Shown here in pieces: positions 28,101 through 39,203 of a DNA stretch of 64,000 bases. The DNA is taken from contig CANSII010000005.1 in NCBI GenBank assembly GCA_947646915.1, positions 1,171 through 65,170 on the forward strand, given 5' to 3'. Within the stretch, counting starts at the first letter, position 1. Each line of letters starts with the position of its first letter. The notes beneath the pieces were generated by a model. It was given only the letters and a program-made list of their open reading frames with translations. It searched no databases and was not told where the DNA came from. The stretch is from an uncultured Clostridium sp. Its GTDB lineage: Bacteria; Bacillota; Clostridia; TANB77; CAG-508. The translations under genes were made by a program, and so were the position numbers.

Positions 28101-28979
28101 TTACACCTCATCATGACATTTTTTAGTCTCTTTTATATATCTTCTTAACCCATCTTTCCAATCAGGTATTTTAATACCTTGTTCTAATAATTTATTTTTT
28201 GATAATTGTGAGTTATATGGTCTTTTTGCTTGTATAATTTTCATCATATTTATATATTCTTCTGTTGTTACAGGATTTATCTTACATTCAATTCCTTGTT
28301 CTTTTAATATTTCTTTTGTGAATTCATACCATGTTGTATAACCTTGATTTGTTGCATGATATATTCCATATGGTATTTTATTTTCTATTGCCTGATATAT
28401 TATATCACTAAGATCTTTTGCATATGTAGGACTTCCATGTTGATCTGCTACAACATTTATTTCATTTCTCGAAGTTCCTAGTTTTGTCATTGTTTTTACA
28501 AAATTATTTCCACCTATACCATATAACCATGCTGTTCTAAATATATAATATTCATCCATGTTTTGCTGTATTCCTTGTTCTCCTCGTAATTTGGTTTTTC
28601 CATATACTGTTATAGGATTTGTTTCATCATCTTCTTTATATTCTTTAGTAATATCTAAATCTCCTTTAAATACATAGTCTGTTGAAATGTGTATTAATTT
28701 TGCTCCTACTTCTTTTGAAGCTTTTGCTAAATTTGTTGGTCCTTCTCCATTTATTTTATCTGCTATTTCATAGTTTTCTTCTGCTTTATCAACTGCTGTA
28801 TATGCTGCACAATTTATTATATATTCAGGTTTTATTTTTTTTATATATTCAAATACTACTTTTTGATTTGTTATGTCTAATTGTTCTTTGTCTGCTGCTA
28901 TTATTTCATTTTCTTTTTCAAATTTCTCTTTTACTTCTTTCGCAAGCATTCCATTTGATCCAGTTATTAAAATTCTCAT
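28101..28979 (-). CDS. rfbD: dTDP-4-dehydrorhamnose reductase
   Basis: [17 protein letters not shown] and YGKTKLRGE. Confidence 0.9.
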   Translation of the reverse strand: MRILITGSNGMLAKEVKEKFEKENEIIAADKEQLDITNQKVVFEYIKKIKPEYIINCAAYTAVDKAEENYEIADKINGEGPTNLAKASKEVGAKLIHISTDYVFKGDLDITKEYKEDDETNPITVYGKTKLRGEQGIQQNMDEYYIFRTAWLYGIGGNNFVKTMTKLGTSRNEINVVADQHGSPTYAKDLSDIIYQAIENKIPYGIYHATNQGYTTWYEFTKEILKEQGIECKINPVTTEEYINMMKIIQAKRPYNSQLSKNKLLEQGIKIPDWKDGLRRYIKETKKCHDEV

Positions 28980-29094
28980 TTTGTTTTCCTCCTATTGATA
29001 AGATAATATCATAATGTATATTATTTAACAAGGGTTTAAAAAATTTTTTGTAGTTAAATTTATTTACCTTTTTGCCCTTGTCATTATCTATAAT

Positions 29095-29138
29095 AAAAAA
29101 ATCAGACCATTCAAATAAAGTTGAAGAGCTGATTTTTT
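29095..29138 (-). terminator. hairpin terminator (AAAAAATCAG...CTGATTTTTT) separating the upstream glycan genes from the rfb operon
   Basis: 10-bp stem flanked by A and T runs. Confidence 0.5.
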
Positions 29139-29140
29139 AA

Positions 29141-29179
29141 ATGTCCAAAAGGAAACGTCTCCAATAGACAAATGGACAT
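29141..29179. repeat. R3 small palindromic element
   Basis: ATGTCCAAAAGGAAACGTCTCCAATAGACAAATGGACAT, abutting the stop codon of the 29179..30861 gene. Confidence 0.65.
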
Positions 29180-30861
29180 TAAATAGTAATTATACATAAA
29201 GTATCAACAATAATAAAATAAGCACTTACCATGCAAATTCTATTATAAGGTTTGTCATCAAAATCTATATTAACAACCATTTTACTACTAAAGCAAGACA
29301 AAACTAAAGGTAAAATAGAAATTAAATATCTAGGTTGATATCCATTAATAGTTAAAGCTCCAACCTCAGTATAAGCTAAATACAAAATAAAAGTAGTCAT
29401 AAAAAAAGTAACAAAAAAAGATAAACACATAAAAAACTTTTCTCTAAATTTAAAGTTATATGAATTATCTGTTATTGAAGTATAAACAATAAAAATAAAT
29501 AATAAAAAAGCTATAACAGAATAATAATCTCCATAGAAAACCTGTAAATTATAACCTTTTTGCCAGCTCAAATTAAATAAAGAAGTACGTAAATAATTTT
29601 TATATACTTTTACTATATTTGTTGGATTTTCCATTAAAAATTGTATTTGTGAAATAGGACTTGTATTTGAAACTCTTTCATCTCCAGTTGGTTTTATATT
29701 TTTATTTGCTTGATTTATGCCTATAATAAAAGCTATTATAAATATAATAGACATTACTCCTAAAAAAACTTTATTTTCTTTTATTATTTTGATTATTGGT
29801 AAAATGCATACCAATATACAAATTCCCATATATGAACCATTTTTACATGTTAAAACTAACAAAAATAATAACAATAAAACTAATACATGTTTTAATTTGA
29901 TATTATCATATTTTTCATTATAAATTTTTAATGTATATGCAATAAAAATGCCTACTAATCCAATTGTTATGCCATCTGCTGAATATGAACCTGCCAATGC
30001 AAACGCTAATGGAATAGTGTATAACGCATAAAATAAATTCTTTTTAAATGGTAATAATTTGAAAATTATAATTAGCATTATTGAAAATGCAATCATATTA
30101 AACATTCTTCCTGCAATAAAAATATCTGCTATACTTCCACCTAAAAATCTTGCTATATTTATTCCAATACTACTTGGTATATAAGTAATAAAACTATAAT
30201 CTGCTGGTGTAGAAAAAGTAGCTTCATCATCTTTTATTGGGTGCATTTCAAAGTTACTTTTTTGATTAAAATATTTCATAGCTAAATTTACCATTGGATA
30301 ATCAAATTCAATCTCATTAAATTTATCATTTGTTAAGGGATTTTCAATATAATTAAAATTGCATACAGATAAATTTAATGCTGATAAAAAATGCTTTTTT
30401 TCGTCTATTAGATGATAGGCATCTAATGCAAGAGTTGATATAAATCCCATTGTAAGTGTAGTTACTATTATATTTTTTATATAATCTTTTGTTATATATA
30501 ATATAAGTAATAATCCATTAAGTTCTGCCAAAATAATTAAACTTCTTATATAATTATGTTTTTGAAATATAAATGTATATATTGTATTTATCAATATTAG
30601 TATACTATATATTATAATTATTTTTTTTTTACTTTTTATAGTTTTTTCTGCCTCTGCTATAAATTTGTATGAAAATTTTTTATAAAGCAATATAAATATG
30701 ATATACATTACTATTCTATATAAAGAAAAATTATATGTACCTTCCTTTATTGCATTAAGATTACAAAAACAAAATTCATATATAAAAATACCTAAACACA
30801 GTATTAAAATAGTTACTGCTTCTAAATTATTTATCTTTTTATTTTTCATATCTATCCCCAA
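29179..30861 (-). CDS. polytopic membrane protein, DUF2142-like (putative GT-C-type glycosyltransferase)
   Basis: 560 aa with more than 10 TM segments. It is a paralog of 41493..43193 (shared HLIDEKKHFLSALNLS, YSADGI and GYQPRYL motifs). Confidence 0.6.
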   Translation of the reverse strand: MGIDMKNKKINNLEAVTILILCLGIFIYEFCFCNLNAIKEGTYNFSLYRIVMYIIFILLYKKFSYKFIAEAEKTIKSKKKIIIIYSILILINTIYTFIFQKHNYIRSLIILAELNGLLLILYITKDYIKNIIVTTLTMGFISTLALDAYHLIDEKKHFLSALNLSVCNFNYIENPLTNDKFNEIEFDYPMVNLAMKYFNQKSNFEMHPIKDDEATFSTPADYSFITYIPSSIGINIARFLGGSIADIFIAGRMFNMIAFSIMLIIIFKLLPFKKNLFYALYTIPLAFALAGSYSADGITIGLVGIFIAYTLKIYNEKYDNIKLKHVLVLLLLFLLVLTCKNGSYMGICILVCILPIIKIIKENKVFLGVMSIIFIIAFIIGINQANKNIKPTGDERVSNTSPISQIQFLMENPTNIVKVYKNYLRTSLFNLSWQKGYNLQVFYGDYYSVIAFLLFIFIVYTSITDNSYNFKFREKFFMCLSFFVTFFMTTFILYLAYTEVGALTINGYQPRYLISILPLVLSCFSSKMVVNIDFDDKPYNRICMVSAYFIIVDTLCIITI

Positions 30862-30868
30862 TTAACAT

Positions 30869-32269
30869 TTATTTAAGATATGTAACACTTAATATAAATT
30901 TAATATTAAATATAAGTTCTATAGCTTTTAAAGTACCTAATAAAATTATACATGTCAAAATAAAATAACTAATTTTCTTATTTTTCATATTATTATTAAT
31001 CTCACTAATTAAAGAAGTTGCTACAATTAAATTCATTATATCATTTACGAAAAATATTCTATACCCTGAAGCAAAAATAGTTGGTGAAAAACTTAAAGCT
31101 AATGTAGCACAAATTCCAGCTAAATATATTAATGTATATATAATCGATTTTTTTGTATCTTTAAAACTATTAAAAATTAATAATGCTATTAACAATAATA
31201 TAAAAATCCCTATTCCAATTACTATAAAATTTAATGGATTGTAAACAGTTTCAATATTATATGGTTTAAAAGTATATAATAAATTACTGATATTAGTAAA
31301 TGAAAATATTTTAGATATGATTCTTAATATAAAATATATTAATGGTATTATAGATAAGAAAATCCTCTGCTTATTTTTATTTTGTATAGCATTAATTAAT
31401 AATAGAGCTGATATTATTATAATTATTATATTTGAATTTATTAAATTCTCTAAAAGCACACTACTTCCAATAATTATCTTATCTATAAATGAATTCATTT
31501 CAAAATTAGGAAACCATCCCAATAACTCTGCTTCATATCTAACACGATTTCCTATTGCATTAAGTGACAAAAAGAATACTAAAATACATAATATGTAATT
31601 TAATATCATAAATTTTGGTATTTTTATTTTGCCAAACTTTGATAAAATTAGTAATATTGTAGCAAAAGTAACTAGAATAGCTCCTGTCTGTTCTATGTTA
31701 CAAGCAAATATTGAAGCTAAAATATATAATATATATTGCCATTTTTTAACATCTTTATTACAATAAACTTGAATAAATGGTATTAGTGCAATAACTAAGG
31801 CAACACAAGGCCACAAATAATTAAAAGCTCCCGTAACCCACATAACTGCCTCATTAAATATTGGGTTATAAATACATAAGAACATTGACATTATTGCTAA
31901 TAATAATATTGGTAAAGTTTTAGTTTCTTTTTCTTCTGTATCATTTATTATTTTGTATATATAATAAATTAATAAAACTGCTACAATAGCATGTATAATA
32001 ATATAAATATTTGTATTTATATTTAAAAAAATTGTACATAACCCTAAGGCAATAATTCTACCTCCCCATAATGAGAGAAATCCATTAGCCCATTCAAAAA
32101 AGCTTGAAATATCATAATATGCGTTTTTATATATCTTATCATCAGCAGTATCATTTATTGGATTTTGAAAAATTGCAAAAAGAACTATAAAAATAATTAT
32201 AATCATTGCAACTGTTTTTATATTTATCTTTTTCATTAATTCTACCATATCTATGTATAAACTCCCCAT
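30869..32269 (-). CDS. polytopic membrane protein (GT-C-like, DUF6056-like)
   Basis: 466 aa with many TM segments and an N-terminal loop carrying acidic residues (NDTADDKIY). Confidence 0.5.
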   Translation of the reverse strand: MGSLYIDMVELMKKINIKTVAMIIIIFIVLFAIFQNPINDTADDKIYKNAYYDISSFFEWANGFLSLWGGRIIALGLCTIFLNINTNIYIIIHAIVAVLLIYYIYKIINDTEEKETKTLPILLLAIMSMFLCIYNPIFNEAVMWVTGAFNYLWPCVALVIALIPFIQVYCNKDVKKWQYILYILASIFACNIEQTGAILVTFATILLILSKFGKIKIPKFMILNYILCILVFFLSLNAIGNRVRYEAELLGWFPNFEMNSFIDKIIIGSSVLLENLINSNIIIIIISALLLINAIQNKNKQRIFLSIIPLIYFILRIISKIFSFTNISNLLYTFKPYNIETVYNPLNFIVIGIGIFILLLIALLIFNSFKDTKKSIIYTLIYLAGICATLALSFSPTIFASGYRIFFVNDIMNLIVATSLISEINNNMKNKKISYFILTCIILLGTLKAIELIFNIKFILSVTYLK

Positions 32270-32316
32270 TCTATTTATCTTAATAATTTTATAATTTTAA
32301 TTTTTAAATTATAAAA

Positions 32317-32847
32317 TTAAAATTTACCTATATTTTTATAATAAGTATGATTTTTAGATTTATAATTATCATTATAGTCTTCTTGTATAACCCCTATATT
32401 ATAGTCATTCTCAAACGTATCTTTATTAAAAAATACAGATGTTAAAATTATATAATCATTTTTATCTTTCTTATTAAAATTCTGTTCGATTTTTCTTTCA
32501 TTTAATATAGTTTTCGTTTTAAATATCTTTTTGTTATTATCAAGAACTAAAGTATAATTCATATAATATCTTTTTCCTGGTCCTAATGTATAATTTGTAA
32601 AACTTTTTAATTCTGAATCTTTTAGTTTCTTTTTCATAACTATTTTAGAAAGACTTCTTCCTTTACTAATTTCTTGGATTTCAAAGTCTTCAGTTTGATT
32701 TTCAATTGTTTTTATTTTATCTCCTATTGTTAGCTTTTTAGGTCTTAAATTATTTAAATAATAAATTGTCATAAATCCTAATATTAAAACAAGTAATATT
32801 ATAGAAATAATTATTAAGTTGAACTTTTTTAATTTATCCATATTCAT
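32317..32847 (-). CDS. hypothetical membrane-anchored protein
   Basis: 176 aa with a single N-terminal TM segment. Confidence 0.45.
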   Translation of the reverse strand: MNMDKLKKFNLIIISIILLVLILGFMTIYYLNNLRPKKLTIGDKIKTIENQTEDFEIQEISKGRSLSKIVMKKKLKDSELKSFTNYTLGPGKRYYMNYTLVLDNNKKIFKTKTILNERKIEQNFNKKDKNDYIILTSVFFNKDTFENDYNIGVIQEDYNDNYKSKNHTYYKNIGKF

Positions 32848-32892
32848 TAATTTCCCTTTTTTATAATATATTTTTTAATAAAACTACTTAAA

Positions 32893-33022
32893 GCTAAATA
32901 ATAATAATTTTAAAAAATAAGTTTGACCTGAGTTGTTATTCACTTTAACAAGTTATAGTATATATCTAAACATTGAACTTTTAGTAACTAAAACTCCTTG
33001 AAAAACGGAATTAATTATTTAG
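32893..33022 (+). repeat. R2 MITE-like repeat, overlapping the stop codon of the GT2 gene
   Basis: GCTAAATAATAATAATTTTAAAAAATAAGTTTGACCTGAGTTGTTATTCAC...AAAAACGGAATTAATTATTTAG. Confidence 0.65.
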
Positions 33023-33959
33023 ATATATTAATTGTCTTATCAACTATATATTGAGGTCTTTGTTTAGTTTCATCATAAATTCTACCTACATATTCAGCAA
33101 TAATCCAAATTGACATAAGTTGAATACCTGAGAAGAATGTAATAGCAACCATAATAGAAGTCCAACCAGCAGACAAATTATTCAAATGAAAAATATATGA
33201 AACTAAAGCATAAATCAATAATACAAAAGATATTACTATTGATAAAATTCCTAATGCTCCAACTAATTTTAAAGGTTTTGTTGAAAAGCTTATGATACCG
33301 TCAGATGCTAGTTTAAGCATTTTCTTTAAAGGATACTTTGTCTCTCCTGCAAATCTTTCTTTTCTTTCATATTCAAAAGGTGCTTGTTTATAACCAACCC
33401 AACTGAATAATCCTCTTAAAAATTTATTATGTTCTGGTAAAGTATTTATTGTTTCAACCACTTTTTTATCTACTAATCTAAAATCTCCTGTATCTTTTGG
33501 AATTTCAACGTCTGATAAAGCATTTAATGTTTTATAGAACATTTTTGCTGTAAATAATTTAAATGCACTTTCCCCTTCTCTTGATTTTCTTTTTCCATAG
33601 ATAACTTCATTTCCTTCTTCCCATAATTTTAACATATCAGGAATTAATTCAGGTGGATCTTGAAGATCTGCATCCATTATTATTATTGCATCACCTGTTA
33701 CATATTGTAGACCAGCAGTTACTGCTGCTTGATGTCCAAAGTTTCTTGAAAATGATATTATTTTTACATTTTCATCTTTTTTTGCAATATTTTCTAATAT
33801 TTCTAAAGTTTTGTCTTTACTTCCATCATTTACATATACTATCTCATGTTCATAATTTTCTAACTTTTCTAGATTTTCTTTTACTCTTTTGTAACATTCT
33901 TCTGCGACTTTTTCTTCATAATACATTGGTATAACAAGTGATACTTTTTTCTTTTCCAT
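33015..33959 (-). CDS. GT2 polyprenyl-phosphate glycosyltransferase (GtrB/CsbB-like)
   Basis: VSLVIPMYYEE, NDGSKD, MDADLQDPPE and two C-terminal TM segments. Confidence 0.85.
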   Translation of the reverse strand: MEKKKVSLVIPMYYEEKVAEECYKRVKENLEKLENYEHEIVYVNDGSKDKTLEILENIAKKDENVKIISFSRNFGHQAAVTAGLQYVTGDAIIIMDADLQDPPELIPDMLKLWEEGNEVIYGKRKSREGESAFKLFTAKMFYKTLNALSDVEIPKDTGDFRLVDKKVVETINTLPEHNKFLRGLFSWVGYKQAPFEYERKERFAGETKYPLKKMLKLASDGIISFSTKPLKLVGALGILSIVISFVLLIYALVSYIFHLNNLSAGWTSIMVAITFFSGIQLMSIWIIAEYVGRIYDETKQRPQYIVDKTINISK

Positions 33960-34002
33960 ATTATATTTTATCCTTTCTCATATAAATAATCTTTTTTATT
34001 AT

Positions 34003-34097
34003 AGCTGAAAAATATTAATTTAAAAAATGAGTTCGCCCATAAGTTGTTCTTCATGTTATAAGAAAACGGCATTTTTTAAAATTCATATTTTTCAGCT
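34003..34097 (+). repeat. R2 MITE-like repeat, short variant (internal deletion)
   Basis: AGCTGAAAAATATTAATTTAAAAAATGAGTTCGCCC ... AAATTCATATTTTTCAGCT. Both ends carry the same variant sequence in complementary form. Confidence 0.65.
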
Positions 34098-34122
34098 TAT
34101 CATATAATAAAATAAATATTTC

Positions 34123-34545
34123 TTATTTATTTTTCTTAAACACAAATAATTTACTAAATATATAATTTGAAACTATAATAATAACCTGAGAAATTAATTT
34201 AATAATTTTATCATTTAGAAGTAAAATAGTTACTCCTAAATACATAATAAGCATATCCATTATAAGAGTTATAACTCTTGCTGAAACAAACTTTCCAGCC
34301 TCTTTAAGTTTATTCTTTTCTTCACTTTTAAATACAAACTTTCTATTTGTAAAATATGCAAATGCAACTCCTGCTATCCAAGAAAGAATATTTGCAATTT
34401 GCAACTGTATTGGATTATCAGGATTTAAAATTGTAAATACTGATATATAGTATACTAATAATGAAACTACTGTTGTTAATACTCCAAATATTAAATAATT
34501 TATTATTTCTTTATATTTCTTATATAGTTCTTTTATTTTTTCCAT
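34123..34545 (-). CDS. GtrA family membrane protein
   Basis: 140 aa with 4 TM segments and the FTNRKFVF motif. Confidence 0.8.
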   Translation of the reverse strand: MEKIKELYKKYKEIINYLIFGVLTTVVSLLVYYISVFTILNPDNPIQLQIANILSWIAGVAFAYFTNRKFVFKSEEKNKLKEAGKFVSARVITLIMDMLIMYLGVTILLLNDKIIKLISQVIIIVSNYIFSKLFVFKKNK

Positions 34546-34604
34546 AGTTTTTTAATATTGTTTTAATTGTACCAATTTTACAATATTTCTGCTCCTTTTT
34601 ATAT

Positions 34605-36848
34605 TTATTGATATTTTTTATAGCAAATATTCATATCAACTTTTCCTAATATACCATTTACAGTTCCTCCACTAGTGTATTGCCATATTGAATATTTCCC
34701 ATTATAACCTGGATTTCCACTTCTATAACTTGCAATCCAGGTATCATATTCTGATAAATCTGACATATTTAATTTATTTGTAGCCCAATTTACATTTGTA
34801 TATATAATTGGAGTATATCCTGCACTTTGTATTGTTTGGCAAAATAATTTTGCTAAATTTGTACGTGTGCCATTATCTAAATGTTGTGTTCTAGGTACAT
34901 CTGTAGGAGATTCTAATCCTGGTGCTTCAATATCAATTGCTACAGGATATTCTATATTATAGTCTTTTATTCTTTCAATTACCCAATTTGCTTCTTCTAT
35001 TGCTTCTTGTGGAGTTATTGCTTGTGTCACAAAATAAACTCCTACTGGTATCCCTGCAGTTTTTGCAGCTTCTATATTAGCTCTAAAAGTTGAATCTTCT
35101 CTAAAATTGCCTGCTTGTCCATATCCTCTAAATCCTACTCTTATAAATGCAAAGTCTATTCCTGTTCTTTTTACAAATCCCCAGTTTATACTTCCATTAA
35201 ATTGGCTTACATCTATTCCATGATATTCTCTTTTATATTTTGGTACAATTTTAATTCTTATTGCTTCTATTCTTTTTGCTTGACCTACAGTTCCCGCTGT
35301 TTCTCCATCTATGTACCAGTCACTCCAACCTTTATCTTGAATATGAACTTGGTATTGTACGGTATAATCATCAAGATTTTCTAATTTTATTTGAATTGCT
35401 TCAATTCTCCATGCTCTTCCTTCTGTTCCTGCTAGTGCATTATTTGATACCCAATCTTGCCATCCTATATTTTCTACATGTGTTCTATATGCAATTTTTG
35501 CATTGTTAGGAGCATTTATTAAATTAATGTTTAATGCTTCTATTCTGTAGCTTTTTTTCTCTGTACCTGATGTATTTCCATCCATTACATATCCTTGCCA
35601 ACCTATTTCTTGAACATGTGATTTATATTGTACATGTAAATCTCTATCTATAATTATTGTTGTTGAAGCTTCATTTATTATTTCTGATTTTGGTGTGCAA
35701 AGTCTTATTTTTATAGTATGTCTTCCATTTGTTATTTTACTTGTATCTATATTAATTTCAAACCCTGGGTTTGGATTTTCTATTGATGTTCCATATCCAA
35801 ATATGTTTTCTAATACATCATTTCTTTGTTTATATGTAATAAATTTTTCATCAAGTGGTGTTTCTTGTTCATCTATATATACTTTTATTTTTGTATTTGC
35901 TACATTTGACATTTTCCAACCTGATACTTTTATGTCTTCAGGACTATAATATGTTGTTTCACTAATTGGAGAGTCTATATACATTTTTCCTTTTTTTATT
36001 TTTGGTATTATTTTAATTTGCATTGCTTCTAATCTTAATGCTTTTCCTTCTGTTCCTGCAATTTCTCCATCTGTTTTCCATTCTTGCCAGCCTATGTCTT
36101 GTATATGTACTCTATACATTATAGAATATTCTTCTGTGGCTTCTAATTGAATTCTCATTGCTTCAAGCCTTAAGCCTCTTCCCTCTGTTCCTGCAATTTC
36201 TCCATCAGTTTTCCATTCTTGCCAGCCTATATTTTCTATATGAACTTTATATTTAATTTTTATTCCTTCTATATTTTGTAATTTTATGTCTAATGCTTCA
36301 AGTCTTAAGCTTTTTCCTTCTGTCCCTGCTACTTCTTCATTTTTTACATAATTTTGCCAGCCTATTTCTTCTACATGTGTTCTGTATATTACTCCTGTTG
36401 CATTTTTTACATTTGAATACATTTCGATTTGTTCTTCTTCTGTTTTCTCTTCTTGTTTTTCTTCCTCTTCATTTTTTTTGATTTCATCTATATTGTCTTG
36501 CTTTTCTTTTTCTTTATCTACTTCATTTGCGTCTTCTCCTATTTCATTGTTTTCTTCTTTTTCATCTATTGTATTATCTATTATTTCATTTTTATTGTCA
36601 TTTATATTATTTTCTGTATCTTCTATTATATTATCAACTTCATTATGTTCAATATTTTCAATGTTATTTGTTGTATTTTCTATTTTGTTGTTTTCTTCCT
36701 CTTTTATTTCATTTTTAGTTTCATTTATTTGATTTTCTTTGATTTCTTGTATAGTATTGCTGTTTGAAATTCCATATACTACTCCTGATAAAATGTTAAT
36801 AATCAGTACTATTAATGTTATTGTTGCATATATTTTTATACTTTTCAT
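34605..36848 (-). CDS. secreted ChW-repeat protein with C-terminal GH25 muramidase
   Basis: Signal peptide and an acidic low-complexity region, then 3+3 ChW repeats (Y.THV..IGWQ.W...G..AGT.G...R.EA..I.L) split by an Ig-like module, then GH25 (GIDVSQFNGSINW...DFAFIRVGFRGYG). Confidence 0.85.
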   Translation of the reverse strand: MKSIKIYATITLIVLIINILSGVVYGISNSNTIQEIKENQINETKNEIKEEENNKIENTTNNIENIEHNEVDNIIEDTENNINDNKNEIIDNTIDEKEENNEIGEDANEVDKEKEKQDNIDEIKKNEEEEKQEEKTEEEQIEMYSNVKNATGVIYRTHVEEIGWQNYVKNEEVAGTEGKSLRLEALDIKLQNIEGIKIKYKVHIENIGWQEWKTDGEIAGTEGRGLRLEAMRIQLEATEEYSIMYRVHIQDIGWQEWKTDGEIAGTEGKALRLEAMQIKIIPKIKKGKMYIDSPISETTYYSPEDIKVSGWKMSNVANTKIKVYIDEQETPLDEKFITYKQRNDVLENIFGYGTSIENPNPGFEINIDTSKITNGRHTIKIRLCTPKSEIINEASTTIIIDRDLHVQYKSHVQEIGWQGYVMDGNTSGTEKKSYRIEALNINLINAPNNAKIAYRTHVENIGWQDWVSNNALAGTEGRAWRIEAIQIKLENLDDYTVQYQVHIQDKGWSDWYIDGETAGTVGQAKRIEAIRIKIVPKYKREYHGIDVSQFNGSINWGFVKRTGIDFAFIRVGFRGYGQAGNFREDSTFRANIEAAKTAGIPVGVYFVTQAITPQEAIEEANWVIERIKDYNIEYPVAIDIEAPGLESPTDVPRTQHLDNGTRTNLAKLFCQTIQSAGYTPIIYTNVNWATNKLNMSDLSEYDTWIASYRSGNPGYNGKYSIWQYTSGGTVNGILGKVDMNICYKKYQ

Positions 36849-37048
36849 AATTGGTCTCCCCCTTCTTATTTTTATTCAACTTAATTGTATATTTTTCTAC
36901 AACATTTGTCAATACTTTTTTATTGGAAATTTTTTTATAAAATTACTGGTCAGCCTTAATCAAAATGGTTTGTTAAAAGAATAATAATATTAATAAATTA
37001 TTTTAATTAAGGCTGACTAGTAACTAATAAAAAACAAAACTAGATCAT

Positions 37049-37426
37049 TTATGATACTTTCCAATTCATCACTACAATTCCAATAATAACCAAACATGCA
37101 CCAATTATTCCATATGTACTAATTGTTTCTTTAAAAATAACTTTAGAAGCAACAAGAGTCAAAACCTGAACAATACCTGTACATATTGGCATAATATAAC
37201 TTAAATCAAACATAACAACAATTCTTGTAAATAGTAAAAAACTACATAAATAACAAACAAGTCCTAAAAGGCTTACTAAACTTATTCCAAAATTTGCATT
37301 ACCATTTTCTATTGCTAAACTTCCAGGGTTTCCACCCTTCTTCAGTAATATCAACCCTGAAAGTGTTAAAATTAAATATATACATATTAGAACTATTTTC
37401 ATAATATTTTTTTCTCCTTTTTTCAT
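37049..37426 (-). CDS. small EamA/SMR-like 4-TM membrane protein (possible lipid-linked sugar flippase subunit)
   Basis: 125 aa with 4 TM segments. Its start overlaps the upstream stop (ATGA). Confidence 0.45.
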   Translation of the reverse strand: MKKGEKNIMKIVLICIYLILTLSGLILLKKGGNPGSLAIENGNANFGISLVSLLGLVCYLCSFLLFTRIVVMFDLSYIMPICTGIVQVLTLVASKVIFKETISTYGIIGACLVIIGIVVMNWKVS

Positions 37427-39186
37427 GATTTTTCTCCTTTTTTTATTTCATTAATCACACAACCATACATTATAGGTAAAGATAAATACATTGGAATTAT
37501 ATATCTAAATTCTGCATTAGAAGGACCTGCTAAAATAATCAAATAATTAAATATAAAAGGTAATAAAGTAAATAATAATCTATATTTTTTGCTATATATA
37601 ATATAAAATATTAAAATTAAAAGTATCCATAAAGTAAATCCTGCACTAAAGAACATTCCAATTACAGGTATGTGTCTTTTTTCAGTAAGAGGATCCAAAG
37701 TATCTTATACACTACTTTTTATAAGTGTTTTTTCTTCTATTCCTAATTCATTAACAATAACACCCTTATCAAATATATTTTTATGCTTTTCAGGGAACCA
37801 ATATCCTGATGTATTACACATTAATGATTCTATATAAAAATGAGGATAACGTACAAATAATTTAACATTTAATAATAAATATTGCATTTTATGGCTTTCT
37901 AGATATTCAGTTCTAAAATGTCCCATTTCAGGATCACTTAAACTTGGATTATAAGATCCAGGAAGTTCATCATATTCCACAAATAGATTTATTTCATGTT
38001 TTTCTTCTTCTGTCAGATTAATATCATTTAATGTAACTAATCTTGCCATAGCTTGCATAGGTACACAAAGAAATCCTGTTGATGAGTTATTTGCAACATC
38101 AAATATTGCAAACATAGTTGTATTAATCAATTTTACACATATTAAAGTTCCAATAATAAAAACACTGAGTTTTATATATTTTTTCCTTAAAATTATATAT
38201 AAGAAAGGAATTAATAAAATATAAATATACATTCCATTATGTCTAACTATTGTTGTTAGTACAATAAATAAAAAAGAAACTAATATTTTTATTTTTGATT
38301 TTACAAATTCTTCTGTATTTGTAGCAAATTCAAATAATAATATAAAATCTGCTAATAACATTGTTGCAAATAGTGAATCTTTTTCTAAACTTATTGAATA
38401 TAATGAGATTGCTGGGTTTAAAATAAAAAATAATAAAATTAATAATCTTATTCTTGGATCCACATTCTTTTTAGATAAATATTTCAATGCAAAAGATATT
38501 ACAAATGCCATAAATATCATTTTTAGTATTGTGCATATTGCTATAGAAATGGTCATATTATTAAATATAGGCATTGTTAAATCTATTATCAATTTTAATG
38601 TTAATGTTGTACATATAGGACTTCCATTCCAAAATGGTTTTTCTCCTACTGCTTGCTTTAATTGATCTAATGTATCAAATCCTACTATACCTGGAAAATA
38701 TTTTAGAAAATATGGTAACCATGCAACTAATAAAACAGCAGAAACAATAAAAATTGATCTTTTATTGTTTGTAAAAAATTTGCACTCTTTTCTTTCTGAT
38801 ACTTTTATTGAATTTTTCAAGTAAAAGAATAAAATTTTTATTATAGAACTTATAATTATTAGATAAAAAGAAAATTTTATTATACTTTTTAATATTGTTC
38901 TACTATTATATAAAATTCCAGTTAAATTTCCATAATTTACAATAGAATTCCCAATTACTTCAAAGGATGCAAATATAAATCCTAAAATAACAGAAATAAT
39001 ATTTAATCTTTTATCTTCACTTTGAATTGCTTTATAAATTAAAAATATAAAGGCTACAAATACTATAATAATTGAAATCTCATTTCCACTAAATGAATTC
39101 TCAATTTTTAAATTCATATCTAAATTTAAGTTCATACCTAATATAGAAATAAAAGCTAAAATTACTGCCATAGATTTCTTTATCAT
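37423..39186 (-). pseudogene. polytopic membrane protein (DUF6020-like) split by an in-frame TAA at 37705..37707
   Basis: ORFs 37705..39186 and 37423..37698 are in the same frame, separated only by TAA-GAT-ACT. The second piece starts at TTG and adds 2 more TM segments. Confidence 0.5.
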
Positions 39187-39203
39187 ATTAGATTTCTCCT
39201 TTA

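Noticed and set aside
36293-36984. A cluster of plus-strand ORFs (L/F/S-rich) antisense to the ChW-GH25 gene, with similar ones at 6977..7746, 18626..18931, 28682..29014, 45201..45548 and elsewhere.
   Set aside because: They have low-complexity composition typical of the antisense frames of AT-rich genes. They lie fully inside strongly supported minus-strand CDSs and have no RBS.
36944-37022. A 17-bp inverted repeat (TACTGGTCAGCCTTAAT / ATTAAGGCTGACTAGTA) whose 45-nt loop contains AATAATATTAAT, resembling an R2 end. I considered it a possible R2 footprint or empty site.
   Set aside because: AATAATATTAAT is too low in complexity in this genome to assign, and the structure may simply be a terminator or attenuator between two operons. 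I could not support the link.
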